Source of the DNA: Patescibacteria group bacterium
Lineage (GTDB): Bacteria > Patescibacteriota > Minisyncoccia > Phycocordibacterales > Zambryskibacteraceae
Direction: 5' to 3'
Length of the DNA: 42,152 nucleotides
NCBI GenBank assembly: GCA_040389345.1
Contig: JAZKAE010000001.1
Location: forward strand, 1-42,152
The position numbers and the translations under genes are program-made. Within the stretch, counting starts at the first letter, position 1, and the number at the start of each line of letters is the position of its first letter. Below are positions 8,675-17,619 of the stretch, one piece after another. The notes beneath the pieces are model-generated. The model saw only the letters and a program-made list of their open reading frames with translations. It did not search any database and was not told the DNA's origin.

Positions 8675-9220
8675 TTATAGATTAAATAAATGAGTGAAGA
8701 CAGCTTCTCCGCCCATTCGCAGGATCACCAAGGTTATCATCACTCGAATAAATATGCCGATGAATGTGAGCAGTGCATATTTCCACGGCTTCATGCGGAT
8801 AATGCCCGCCACAAGGGTCACGGGCATCGTCGGCATAAGCGGCACAGCTCTGAAGAATAGAAACAAAAGCTCGTCATACCAGTTGTTCTGAAACCTGCCT
8901 TCGAATTTTTCGAACTGGTCTCCTTTAAGACGTAGCCGGGTCTTTAATCCTTCAAGCGCAGGCCTCCCTCCGGCATATGCTGCTCCATAGATCACAAACG
9001 ACCCGATGGTAGTGCCAAGGGCAATGGGAAATCCGACAAAGAACACAAGCTGGTTGAGGGTCTCAATTGTGATCGGATTCTTTAAGAACAAAAGTTCTCC
9101 GACCAGTATGAGCGAGGAAGGAATAGGGGCGATGATCTCATCAATACCAGAAACCAAAAAGAGCCCGACGGCCCCCCATATCCCCGGCTCAAGTATAAGG
9201 TGTCGGAGAAATTCGGTCAT
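8675..9220 (-). CDS. DedA/VTT family membrane protein
   Basis: EIIAPIPS, GSFVIYGAAYAGG, FFRAVP..AGIIRMKPWKY. Confidence 0.85.
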   Translation of the reverse strand: MTEFLRHLILEPGIWGAVGLFLVSGIDEIIAPIPSSLILVGELLFLKNPITIETLNQLVFFVGFPIALGTTIGSFVIYGAAYAGGRPALEGLKTRLRLKGDQFEKFEGRFQNNWYDELLFLFFRAVPLMPTMPVTLVAGIIRMKPWKYALLTFIGIFIRVMITLVILRMGGEAVFTHLFNL

Positions 9221-11730
9221 TACCCTTTATGATGAGGCGCATTAATAAGTCCGCACTGTTTGTATTTATAAGGCTTGCCCGTCTCTGGGTTCACTGCTCC
9301 ACATGGGCAAGGATCATTTCTGCCGATCATCTCGCCAGGCACAGAGCGCAAAGTATCAGTGACGGCACTTGCATCAAGCTCGATCGCCGTCGCCCTGACC
9401 CCGTTAAATGCTTCAGGTTCAAGAACTGCCAAAAAATCACCCACTTGTCGTGCGACAGAATTCTCCATATTTTTGAAATACTGAAGCCCTTCTCTCTTGT
9501 ATTCGACCAGAGGGTCGCGCTGACCATAGGCCCGGAGATTCACCGAATTTCTCAGATAATCCATCATTTCCAAATGATCGACCCAGAACATGTCGATAGT
9601 CTGAAGGATCACTCGCTGGAGCGCTCCGAGGATCTCTGGCTTTTCAAGGGCTGTTCTCTTTGCCTCGATCTTTGAGGCTACCTCTGGTTCCACGGAAGCG
9701 ATCACATCGTGCAGATAGGCATCGACCTCTTGCGCGCCTCCTGTGAGTATTCCTCTCCTGCGGTTATAGATGATAGTTCTTTGATAATTGAGCACATCAT
9801 CGAATTCAAGCACGTGTTTTCTGGCATCAAAATTGAACCCTTCTATCTTCTCCTGAGCCTTCTCAAGCGAATTTGTGATGAGTTTATTCTCGATTGCTTC
9901 ATCCTCGGGGATATTAAATCTACCCATCATTGATTTGATAGCATCAGTGGCAAATATCCTCATGAGAGAATCTTCAAGAGAGACAAAGAATTGCGTCTCG
10001 CCGGGGTCTCCCTGCCTGCCTGATCGTCCCCGTAGCTGGTTGTCGATCCTGCGCGCATCATGTCGTTCGGTGCCCAGGACAAAGAGTCCTCCAAGCGATC
10101 TGATCTCTTCTTGAGATTCAGGGGTTCCTGGATTTCCGCCGAGCTTGATGTCCACTCCTCGGCCGGCCATATTGGTCGCGATGGTCACAGCTCCACGCTT
10201 GCCTGCTTGGGCGATGATCTCTCCCTCGCGCTCATAGACCGACGCGTTCTTTGCGTTCAAGGTCTCATGTTTGACACCTTCGCTTGAAAGATAATTTGAG
10301 AGAAGCTCATTGTTCTCTATGGAGACCGTACCGATAAGGACGGGCTGGCCCTTCTCATTCAACTCCTTGACCTTTTGGGCCACCGCCTTCATCTTGCCTA
10401 CCTGAGTTTGGAAAATAAGATCGTTATGGTCTATGCGGGCGACTGACTTGTTGGTTGGAATGACATATACCTCAAGTCCATAGACCTTGTAGAACTCTTC
10501 TTTTGAGGTCTGAGCCGTACCGGTCATGCCGGCAAGCTTTTTGTACATCCTAAAATAGTTCTGAAATGTGATAGATGCAAAGGTGCGAGACTCTTCCTTT
10601 ATATTCACACCTTCCTTGGCTTCGATAGCCTGATGAAGACCCTCTGACCACCTGCGCCCTGGTTGGATGCGTCCGGTAAATTCATCAACAATAAGGACTT
10701 CCCCGTCCTTCACCACGTACTCATCGTCTTTATGAAAGAGGGCCTTGGCTCTGACCGCCGTCTCAAGATGGTGTACATACTTAACTCCTCCTTCAGTGTA
10801 GATATTCTCAAGCCCGAGGATGGATTCAGCCTTGGTAATCCCTGCATCAGTGAGACTGATAGATTTCAGCTTCTCATCTACAGCAAAATCTTCATCTTGG
10901 ATCATCTTCTCTGCTACAGCAGCAAATTTCCCATAGAGCTCTCCTGCGGCTCCGGTGTTTGAGGAAATGATAAGAGGGGTACGAGCCTCATCAATGAGGA
11001 TCGAGTCGATCTCATCAACTATGGCATAAGCAAATTCACCTTGGGAAAGGTCTTCCTTTCTATATATAAGGTTGTCTCTGAGGTAATCAAAGCCGAATTC
11101 GTTGTTTGTGCCGTACGTAATATCAGCCCGATACGCTTCCTGCTTGGTGGCCGGTCTCAGATACTCATGGACCACATGGAACGATCCGGTCTCATCGCGC
11201 TTTTCATCCGCATTTTCCGGCTGGTTCACATGAGCAGGGTCGTAGATAAAAGAAGCCTCGTGGTTCAGCACGCCGACCGAGAGCCCGAGGTACGAATAGA
11301 TCTGCCCCATCCACACAGCGTCGCGCCTTGAGAGATAGTCGTTCACTGTCACTACGTGCACTCCTTTGCCTGAAAGAGCATTGAGGTATGCAGGCAGTGT
11401 GGCGACCAAGGTCTTGCCTTCTCCGGTGCGCATTTCTGCGATCCCTCCTTTATGGAGCGCAATGCCTCCGAGCATCTGCACATCAAAATGTCGTTGGCCG
11501 AGCGTGCGCTTTGAAGATTCGCGGATCAGCGCAAAAGCTTCAGGCAATAGATCATCAAGGCTCTCGCCCTTACCTAGGCGGTCTTTAAATTCCGCCGTCT
11601 TTGCCTTCATTTCCTCGGCTGTGAGCGCGGTATATACTTCCTCAAACGAATTCACCTCTGTCACCAGAGGGCTCCATGAGGCCAATTTTTTCTCTTCCGG
11701 TCCCTTGAATAGTGATCCAAAAAGTCCCAT
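9220..11730 (-). CDS. secA: Preprotein translocase ATPase SecA
   Basis: AEMRTGEGKT, VDEIDSILIDEARTPLIIS, ATNMAGRGVDIKLGG, RGRSGRQGDPG, C-terminal GRNDPCPCG. Confidence 0.99.
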   Translation of the reverse strand: MGLFGSLFKGPEEKKLASWSPLVTEVNSFEEVYTALTAEEMKAKTAEFKDRLGKGESLDDLLPEAFALIRESSKRTLGQRHFDVQMLGGIALHKGGIAEMRTGEGKTLVATLPAYLNALSGKGVHVVTVNDYLSRRDAVWMGQIYSYLGLSVGVLNHEASFIYDPAHVNQPENADEKRDETGSFHVVHEYLRPATKQEAYRADITYGTNNEFGFDYLRDNLIYRKEDLSQGEFAYAIVDEIDSILIDEARTPLIISSNTGAAGELYGKFAAVAEKMIQDEDFAVDEKLKSISLTDAGITKAESILGLENIYTEGGVKYVHHLETAVRAKALFHKDDEYVVKDGEVLIVDEFTGRIQPGRRWSEGLHQAIEAKEGVNIKEESRTFASITFQNYFRMYKKLAGMTGTAQTSKEEFYKVYGLEVYVIPTNKSVARIDHNDLIFQTQVGKMKAVAQKVKELNEKGQPVLIGTVSIENNELLSNYLSSEGVKHETLNAKNASVYEREGEIIAQAGKRGAVTIATNMAGRGVDIKLGGNPGTPESQEEIRSLGGLFVLGTERHDARRIDNQLRGRSGRQGDPGETQFFVSLEDSLMRIFATDAIKSMMGRFNIPEDEAIENKLITNSLEKAQEKIEGFNFDARKHVLEFDDVLNYQRTIIYNRRRGILTGGAQEVDAYLHDVIASVEPEVASKIEAKRTALEKPEILGALQRVILQTIDMFWVDHLEMMDYLRNSVNLRAYGQRDPLVEYKREGLQYFKNMENSVARQVGDFLAVLEPEAFNGVRATAIELDASAVTDTLRSVPGEMIGRNDPCPCGAVNPETGKPYKYKQCGLINAPHHKG

Positions 11731-11769
11731 AAGAACGCTATTTTAACACATTTTTCAGCTTTTTTGAAC

Positions 11770-11808
11770 AAACAAAAACACCTTCCTTGCGGGGAGGTGT
11801 TTTTGTTT
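11770..11808 (-). terminator. Intrinsic terminator downstream of the basic peptide gene
   Basis: Minus strand AAACAAAAACACCUCCC-GCAA-GGAAGGUGUUUUUGUUU: long stem, GNRA loop, U-rich tail. Confidence 0.85.
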
Positions 11809-11818
11809 AGCCTTTCGA

Positions 11819-11908
11819 CTATGCTCGCTTCTTTGAAGACTTCTTTGCTGCCTTTTTCTTAGGAGCTGCCTTTCGCTTCTTTGAAGCTGCTTTCTTTTTT
11901 GCTGCCAT
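11819..11908 (-). CDS. 29-aa Lys/Ala-rich histone-H1-tail-like basic peptide (not in ORF track)
   Basis: ATG 11908 to TAG 11819: MAAKKKAASKKRKAAPKKKAAKKSSKKRA; followed by its own terminator. Confidence 0.8.
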   Translation of the reverse strand: MAAKKKAASKKRKAAPKKKAAKKSSKKRA

Positions 11909-12060
11909 GATGTTGTTTGGTCCGTACGGACACAAATTACTGGTAAGGTCGCAGAGAAATATTTTTTGTAACTTGCGAAACAAAAATATTTTTCTACGTG
12001 CGACTCGTTAATAATTATCGTACGCGAAGATGTTGCAAACAAGAGAACTTTGAAAAAATG

Positions 12061-12069
12061 TGTGGATAA
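12061..12069 (-). promoter_or_regulatory. Perfect DnaA-box consensus TTATCCACA
   Basis: tgtggataa on the + strand next to a very AT-rich tract; a one-mismatch copy (TTATCCCCA) lies at 4002-4010. Confidence 0.45.
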
Positions 12070-12161
12070 CTTTTTATTTTTGAAAAATATTTTTTCAATT
12101 TATTTTTATTTTTTTCAAACTATTTTGATCGATCGGTTTCTAATCCAAAAAACACTAAAAC

Positions 12162-12183
12162 AAAAAAACCGCCGAAGCGGTTT
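12162..12183 (-). terminator. Intrinsic terminator of the ligase gene
   Basis: AAACCGC-UUCG-GCGGUUU followed by a U run, just after the stop at 12189. Confidence 0.85.
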
Positions 12184-12188
12184 GTTGT

Positions 12189-14351
12189 TTATTTTATCGT
12201 TCCGTTCTGGATGCCTTGTATGAACTGATCGGCTTGGGCTTTGGCCGCTGGGATATTGTCTCCCATCTGCCGAAGTGTCTGAAGCGCCATGGCTCTGTTG
12301 CCTGCTTTCAGATAGGCGGCAGCAAGAGAGGTATACGCTTGGCCGCTATCTGGAAAATCCTTTACTTTGGTTTGGAGGAAGATAATAAGGTCTGAGAGCC
12401 GATTCGTCGCCAGGAGCGCTCCGGCGATGCGATCATCCCCTACGAGATCCTTCTCGGGGATCGTCGATGAAAGCTCACTCGCGAGCTTATTGTCCCCCGC
12501 ATAGATCGCAGCAACGAGGTAGAGATGCTGCGCTTCGCCGTATTCCGGAGCCATCTCATAAGCTTGCTTGAAGGCAGCGAGCGCACCTTGATAATCTTTT
12601 TTGCTGATCAAGGTTTGGCCGATCTCAAAGTAGACAACTTGTTTGCCTGGGATGAGTTCCTTGGCGCGATTCAAATACTTTAAGGCGTCTTCAGAGAATC
12701 CTGTTTTCATAAAGAAGATCCCAGCGATCATCTGATACCTTGCATCCGTTGAAAGATCAGCCGCTTGCTTCTCTACTGCTTGCTTGGCGAACAGATAGTA
12801 GTCGTTCTTCTCTTGGGTGGTCAGGTTGCTGCCTAGGATGCTTTCAGCGGATGATGAGATCCATTCGACGGTCTCAGGTCTGCCGAGGCGGGTCGAGTAA
12901 GCACTCTTAAAATCCGTAAGCGATGCAGCCATGGCACCTCCTTCGCTTTGAGAATCCTGAAGTGCGCGGATCAAAGACGCATTCGCTGACATCGGATGGA
13001 AGTTCCATGAATACAAGAAAAACCCAAGAAGAAGTACTGCAACAGGCACCCCGTATGAGAGTACCTTCTCTTCGCTTACACCTATCTCCCCCGCCGTCTC
13101 AGATACCGAGAGCGCATGGATGAATGCGAGGATGGAAATGAACATAATGTAGCTCACTAAGTGATCGAAGACGAAGAGGTTATGGAAGAAGTATCCGGCC
13201 AAGAGTCCTGTGAGGATCGACTTCTCTATATATGACACTCCTCGAGCTTTCTTCCAGACACAATATAAGAAGAAGACATAGAGCGAGAGGTACGCGAGGA
13301 GCCCGAGGATCCCTCCTGCCACTCCCCAATCCAGGAAGATGTTATGAGCGCGATCGAACCATGGTTCGAGCCTGTACATCTTTGGGTTGTAATGCTCGCT
13401 GAATACATAGCTGAAGTTGTCCTGCCCCCAGCCAAGGATCGGTTTCTCTTTGATACCTTGTATAGCCATGGGCCATACGAACGAACGGCCTTCGGTCTTC
13501 AATTCCTTCGCTGTGATCGATGAGAAGCGCGACAACACAGGACTATTCACTACAAAGGATGCAGTGCGCATAAGGTAGAACCCGCCAAGGAGGATGACGA
13601 TCCCTACAATGGTGCCAATGCTCCACTTTCTGACAGAAGCCGATTCCTTATTCCTGATGTTTAAGAGGGCGATGAGCAAAAATCCTCCGATAACTCCGAG
13701 GATCGCCCCGCGAGTCGCTGTAAAGTAGAGGACCAGAAGTTCAAGGAAGACCAATATACTATATATAGAGCGGAGCATCATGTTCCCCTTGGAGCGGACA
13801 GCATACATACAAGCGATAAAGGTCATGAACAAGAGATAGACGGCCAGGTATGCAGCGTTGCCAAGTGTCCCATCTACACGCACCCCTCCCTGATGAATAG
13901 CCGCGAGCCCGAGGAGTTGGCCGAAGCAGTAGAGCACCATGAGAAACGAAGCTATGAGGTTAGTGTTCCACCACCAATTCCACTCTCGTTCCTTAAAGAA
14001 AGAACCGACGACCACAAAGAAAGCCCCGAGGTGCAGGAGCGTGATGAAGCCTTCCATGCGTTCGTAGTTTGACCAAAAGCTCTTAAGTGGGGCGACGCCG
14101 AAGATATCCGCCAAGCCGATGATAGCTATGAAAGCGAGAAGCCCGTACAAAATATATGACTTTCGCACTCTATATTGAGGGGCAAGAAGAGCGAGGAGCA
14201 CCCAGGCAGCAAAGACCACTTCGACGAGGATCCTCCAGACGAATGCCTTGGTCGTGATGAATGGAAAGAAGAAAGATCCAGAAACAAGGAAAGGAAAAAA
14301 AGGAATAAGGAAAAGCCCAGCGTAGACAATGTTTTTCAGATATTTTTGCAT
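12189..14351 (-). CDS. O-antigen ligase / O-oligosaccharyltransferase family membrane protein with C-terminal TPRs
   Basis: About 12 TM helices, GTLGNAAYLA, TATRGA, PILGWGQDNF, FDRAHNIFLD..GGILG (Wzy_C), TPR-like helices; start reset to ATG 14351. Confidence 0.9.
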   Translation of the reverse strand: MQKYLKNIVYAGLFLIPFFPFLVSGSFFFPFITTKAFVWRILVEVVFAAWVLLALLAPQYRVRKSYILYGLLAFIAIIGLADIFGVAPLKSFWSNYERMEGFITLLHLGAFFVVVGSFFKEREWNWWWNTNLIASFLMVLYCFGQLLGLAAIHQGGVRVDGTLGNAAYLAVYLLFMTFIACMYAVRSKGNMMLRSIYSILVFLELLVLYFTATRGAILGVIGGFLLIALLNIRNKESASVRKWSIGTIVGIVILLGGFYLMRTASFVVNSPVLSRFSSITAKELKTEGRSFVWPMAIQGIKEKPILGWGQDNFSYVFSEHYNPKMYRLEPWFDRAHNIFLDWGVAGGILGLLAYLSLYVFFLYCVWKKARGVSYIEKSILTGLLAGYFFHNLFVFDHLVSYIMFISILAFIHALSVSETAGEIGVSEEKVLSYGVPVAVLLLGFFLYSWNFHPMSANASLIRALQDSQSEGGAMAASLTDFKSAYSTRLGRPETVEWISSSAESILGSNLTTQEKNDYYLFAKQAVEKQAADLSTDARYQMIAGIFFMKTGFSEDALKYLNRAKELIPGKQVVYFEIGQTLISKKDYQGALAAFKQAYEMAPEYGEAQHLYLVAAIYAGDNKLASELSSTIPEKDLVGDDRIAGALLATNRLSDLIIFLQTKVKDFPDSGQAYTSLAAAYLKAGNRAMALQTLRQMGDNIPAAKAQADQFIQGIQNGTIK

Positions 14352-14401
14352 GGGGCCATTATACCGCAATTTATAGGCGTTTTTCTTTTTATGTATAAGG
14401 C

Positions 14402-14429
14402 TTGAAATAAAAGGTTGAAATGTTATAGT
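14402..14429 (+). promoter_or_regulatory. Sigma70-type promoter of the epimerase gene
   Basis: TTGAAA-16 nt-TATAGT with an extended -10 TG. Confidence 0.5.
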
Positions 14430-14473
14430 TTTGCCGGACTACGCACCAATATCACCCACAAGCGGAGACTACC

Positions 14474-15442
14474 GTGCAGAAAAGAGCACTTGTTTGCGGA
14501 GCCGGAGGATTCATTGGCCACAACATGGTCAAGTTCCTCAAGGCCCGAGGGTGGCAGGTCATCGGGGTGGATCTCAAGGAACCATCTTTCGAAGATTCAC
14601 CTGCTGACGTATTCAACCGAATCGACTTGAGGGACCCGCGATATGTGGGTCAACTTCTCGATCAGGAGCCTCAGTTTGACCGCGTGTACCAGTTCGCTGC
14701 AGACATGGGCGGGGCGGCGCACGTGTTCAGTGGGGATTTTGATTCAGAGATCCTCGTGAACTCGGCACTCATCAACATGAACATTCTTCGTCGTCTGGCG
14801 GAGATCAAGTTCACCGGTATCGTGTTCTACTCCTCATCGGTCTGCATCTACCCCGATGAGATCGAGGGACTCGAGCATGAGGCCTACCCGGTTCACCCGC
14901 CCTCGAACTACGGCTACGAGAAGATGTACAGCGAACGCATGTACCAGGCCTTCGCTCATAACTACGGCCTGAACATTCGCATCGCACGTTTTCACAACTG
15001 CTTCGGCCCTGGTGGAGTGTACGAAGGCGGTAGGGAGAAATCCCCCGCCGCAATCTCACGCAAGGTGGCTTTGGCCACAGACGGCGGCGAGATCGAGATC
15101 TGGGGGGACGGTGAACAGCTTCGCCCGTTCATCTACATCGATGATCTTATCCTGGGCATCGAAGCTCTGATGACCTCAGACTTCGAAGGGCCAGTGAATC
15201 TCGGTCCGGACGACTCGAAGTCGATCACTATCAACCAGCTCGTGGACATCATCTCCGACGCTGCAGGAAAGAAGCTCGTGAAAAAGCACATCGACGGGCC
15301 GACGGGTGGGCAGATCCGCCACGCGAACAACGATCTCGCCCAGGAGAAGCTCGGCTGGAAGCCGGAAGCAGATCTCTGGGATTCCCTCGCCGAGACCTAT
15401 CACTGGATCGCCGGAGAGATCAGCAAGAAGTCAACAATGTAA
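14474..15442 (+). CDS. NAD-dependent epimerase, GDP-mannose 3,5-epimerase-like
   Basis: GAGGFIG, AADMGG, YSSSVCIYP, YGYEK, GGREKSPAA, IWGDGEQ; GTG start. Confidence 0.88.
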   Translation: MQKRALVCGAGGFIGHNMVKFLKARGWQVIGVDLKEPSFEDSPADVFNRIDLRDPRYVGQLLDQEPQFDRVYQFAADMGGAAHVFSGDFDSEILVNSALINMNILRRLAEIKFTGIVFYSSSVCIYPDEIEGLEHEAYPVHPPSNYGYEKMYSERMYQAFAHNYGLNIRIARFHNCFGPGGVYEGGREKSPAAISRKVALATDGGEIEIWGDGEQLRPFIYIDDLILGIEALMTSDFEGPVNLGPDDSKSITINQLVDIISDAAGKKLVKKHIDGPTGGQIRHANNDLAQEKLGWKPEADLWDSLAETYHWIAGEISKKSTM

Positions 15443-15445
15443 CAC

Positions 15446-15469
15446 CCCGACCATTTGGTCGGGTTTTTT
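15446..15469 (+). terminator. Intrinsic terminator after the epimerase gene
   Basis: CCCGACC-AUUU-GGUCGGG-UUUUUU. Confidence 0.85.
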
Positions 15470-15510
15470 CTTTGAAAAAACCCTTATTTCTGCTACACTG
15501 GGCGGACAAT

Positions 15511-16344
15511 ATGGCCACACACAAGGCGGAAATAACGGTCATCCGCCCCAAAAAGACCTTTAGTATGGGCGACTTGCGAGAGATCTGGCAGTACAAAGAA
15601 CTCCTCTACTTTTTCACCTGGCGAGACCTCAAGGTGAGATACAAGCAGACCGCCATCGGCGTCGCCTGGGCGATCTTCCAGCCGTTTATGACCATGATCG
15701 TTTTCTCGGTGTTTTTCGGACGACTTTTGAAGGTGCCTTCGGACGGCGTTCCTTACCCGATCTTTGTCTACACCGGACTCCTCTTTTGGCAGTTCTTCTC
15801 TGGAGCCTTGTCTGACACCTCAAATGTCTTGCTTGGAAACCAGTCGATCATCACCAAGGTCTACTTCCCTCGCCTCATCCTGCCGCTTTCCGCAGTGATC
15901 ACTCAGCTCGTCGACTTCCTCGTGGCCACAGCCATGCTTGTCGTTCTCATGTTCTACTATCATTACACTCCTCATTTGGCCGGACTTTTTATTCTGCCCC
16001 TCCTTCTCCTCATTACCTTTCTCGCTGCGGTCGGCGGTGGGCTCTTCCTCGCTTCGATCAATGTGAAGTACCGCGATGTCCGCTATGTGCTCCCCTACTT
16101 CATCCAGATCCTTCTCTACATCACCCCGGTTATCTACCCAGCATCTGTTGCTGGTAAGTATTCTTGGATCCTGGCGATCAATCCGATGACCGGCGTGATC
16201 AAGGCCGCACGAGGAGCGATCCTTGGGACCGAGCCCGTGAACTGGATGCTCCTCTTTATCTCATTTATCGCAGTATCCATCCTCATGACCATCGGTGTGT
16301 ACTTCTTTAAAAAGACCGAGAGGTATTTTGCAGATATCGTATAA
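15511..16344 (+). CDS. wzm: ABC-2 polysaccharide exporter permease
   Basis: RDLKVRYKQTAIG.AWAIFQP, KVYFPR, YRDV, TPVIYP, INPM; start reset to ATG 15511, preceded by TTGAAA-16-TACACT. Confidence 0.93.
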   Translation: MATHKAEITVIRPKKTFSMGDLREIWQYKELLYFFTWRDLKVRYKQTAIGVAWAIFQPFMTMIVFSVFFGRLLKVPSDGVPYPIFVYTGLLFWQFFSGALSDTSNVLLGNQSIITKVYFPRLILPLSAVITQLVDFLVATAMLVVLMFYYHYTPHLAGLFILPLLLLITFLAAVGGGLFLASINVKYRDVRYVLPYFIQILLYITPVIYPASVAGKYSWILAINPMTGVIKAARGAILGTEPVNWMLLFISFIAVSILMTIGVYFFKKTERYFADIV

Positions 16345-16346
16345 AT

Positions 16347-17618
16347 ATGGAACCAATAATCACAGTCAAAGGGCTCTCAAAGAAGTACAACATCACGCAT
16401 CAGCGCGGAGGTTATATTGCTCTGCGTGACATCATCGCCAATGTTTTCAGACACCCTTTCCAATTTTTGAAGAATCGAGCCAAAAAGATCATCGGCCGAG
16501 AGATCAAAGAGGATTTTTGGGCGCTCAAAGGTGTAGATTTTGAAGTGATGAAGGGCGAGGCTATCGGCATCATCGGATCAAACGGCGCAGGCAAATCCAC
16601 TCTTCTAAAGATCCTCTCAAAGATCACTCCTCCTACCGAAGGCGAAGTGATCCTGCGCGGACGTGTCGCTTCTCTCCTTGAAGTAGGCACAGGTTTTCAT
16701 CCGGAGCTCACCGGACGTGAGAACATTATGCTGAACGGTGCAATACTCGGCATGACTCGCAAGGAGATCGCCGAGAAGTTCGATGACATCGTGAAGTTCT
16801 CAGGCGTCGAGAAGTTCATCGACACGCCGGTCAAGCGCTACTCGTCGGGCATGTATGTACGCCTCGCCTTCTCTGTGGCCGCTCATATGGAGCCAGATAT
16901 CCTCATTGTTGATGAAGTGCTTGCGGTCGGTGATGCGGAGTTCCAGAAGAAATGCTTGGGCAAGATGGATGAGGTTACTCAGTCGGCGCATCGCACCGTT
17001 CTCTTTGTGTCCCACAATATGTCTGCCATCCAAAAACTCTGCAAGCGCACGGTTCTCCTTGAACACGGCAAGGTCAAAATGATCGGCAAGACCGACGAGG
17101 TGATCGCAAAATATTTAGAATCGAATCCTCTTACTCAAGAAGGAGGTCTCTCAGCCCGCAAGGACAGACGTGGGGAGGGCAACGTAAAATTGTCGTCCTT
17201 CTTTGTTGAGAATGAAAAGGGCGAGCGAGTGAACGAGATCTATTCTGGAGGATTATATACATTCTGCTATGGCTACGAATCCAAAGACGAAAAAGAAGTT
17301 TCAAACCTCAATGTCGCCTCAGCTATTACAGGAGCAGACAACGCTCCCCTTGCCTTGAATTGGTCCAAATATACGAACCAGGATAAAAATACTGCCCCAG
17401 CCAAAGGCATTATCCGCTGTGAGATCAAACAAAAATTCCCTTTCGCTCCGGGTCTCTATCACATATCAGCTAATCTTTTCAGCGGGGAAACGATCCAGGA
17501 CTATATAAAGAACTTAGGAGTGTTTGAGGTACTTGAAGGCGACTTCTATGGCACAGGTGCAGACATCAAACACAGCCCCATCCTTCTCGAACAGGAATGG
17601 AGCATTACTTCTGAGTAA
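16347..17618 (+). CDS. wzt: ABC polysaccharide exporter ATPase with Wzt C-terminal domain
   Basis: GSNGAGKST, YSSGMYVRLAF, VDEVLAVGDAEFQKKC, C-terminal extension of the Wzt_C type. Confidence 0.95.
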   Translation: MEPIITVKGLSKKYNITHQRGGYIALRDIIANVFRHPFQFLKNRAKKIIGREIKEDFWALKGVDFEVMKGEAIGIIGSNGAGKSTLLKILSKITPPTEGEVILRGRVASLLEVGTGFHPELTGRENIMLNGAILGMTRKEIAEKFDDIVKFSGVEKFIDTPVKRYSSGMYVRLAFSVAAHMEPDILIVDEVLAVGDAEFQKKCLGKMDEVTQSAHRTVLFVSHNMSAIQKLCKRTVLLEHGKVKMIGKTDEVIAKYLESNPLTQEGGLSARKDRRGEGNVKLSSFFVENEKGERVNEIYSGGLYTFCYGYESKDEKEVSNLNVASAITGADNAPLALNWSKYTNQDKNTAPAKGIIRCEIKQKFPFAPGLYHISANLFSGETIQDYIKNLGVFEVLEGDFYGTGADIKHSPILLEQEWSITSE

Positions 17619-17619
17619 C

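Noticed and set aside
11755-12042. 95-aa track ORF upstream of secA
   Set aside because: Runs through a terminator and is an off-frame reading of the 29-aa basic peptide gene.
12040-12170. Possible replication origin (DnaA box plus AT-rich tract)
   Set aside because: Only one perfect box, no box cluster, and no dnaA/dnaN nearby.
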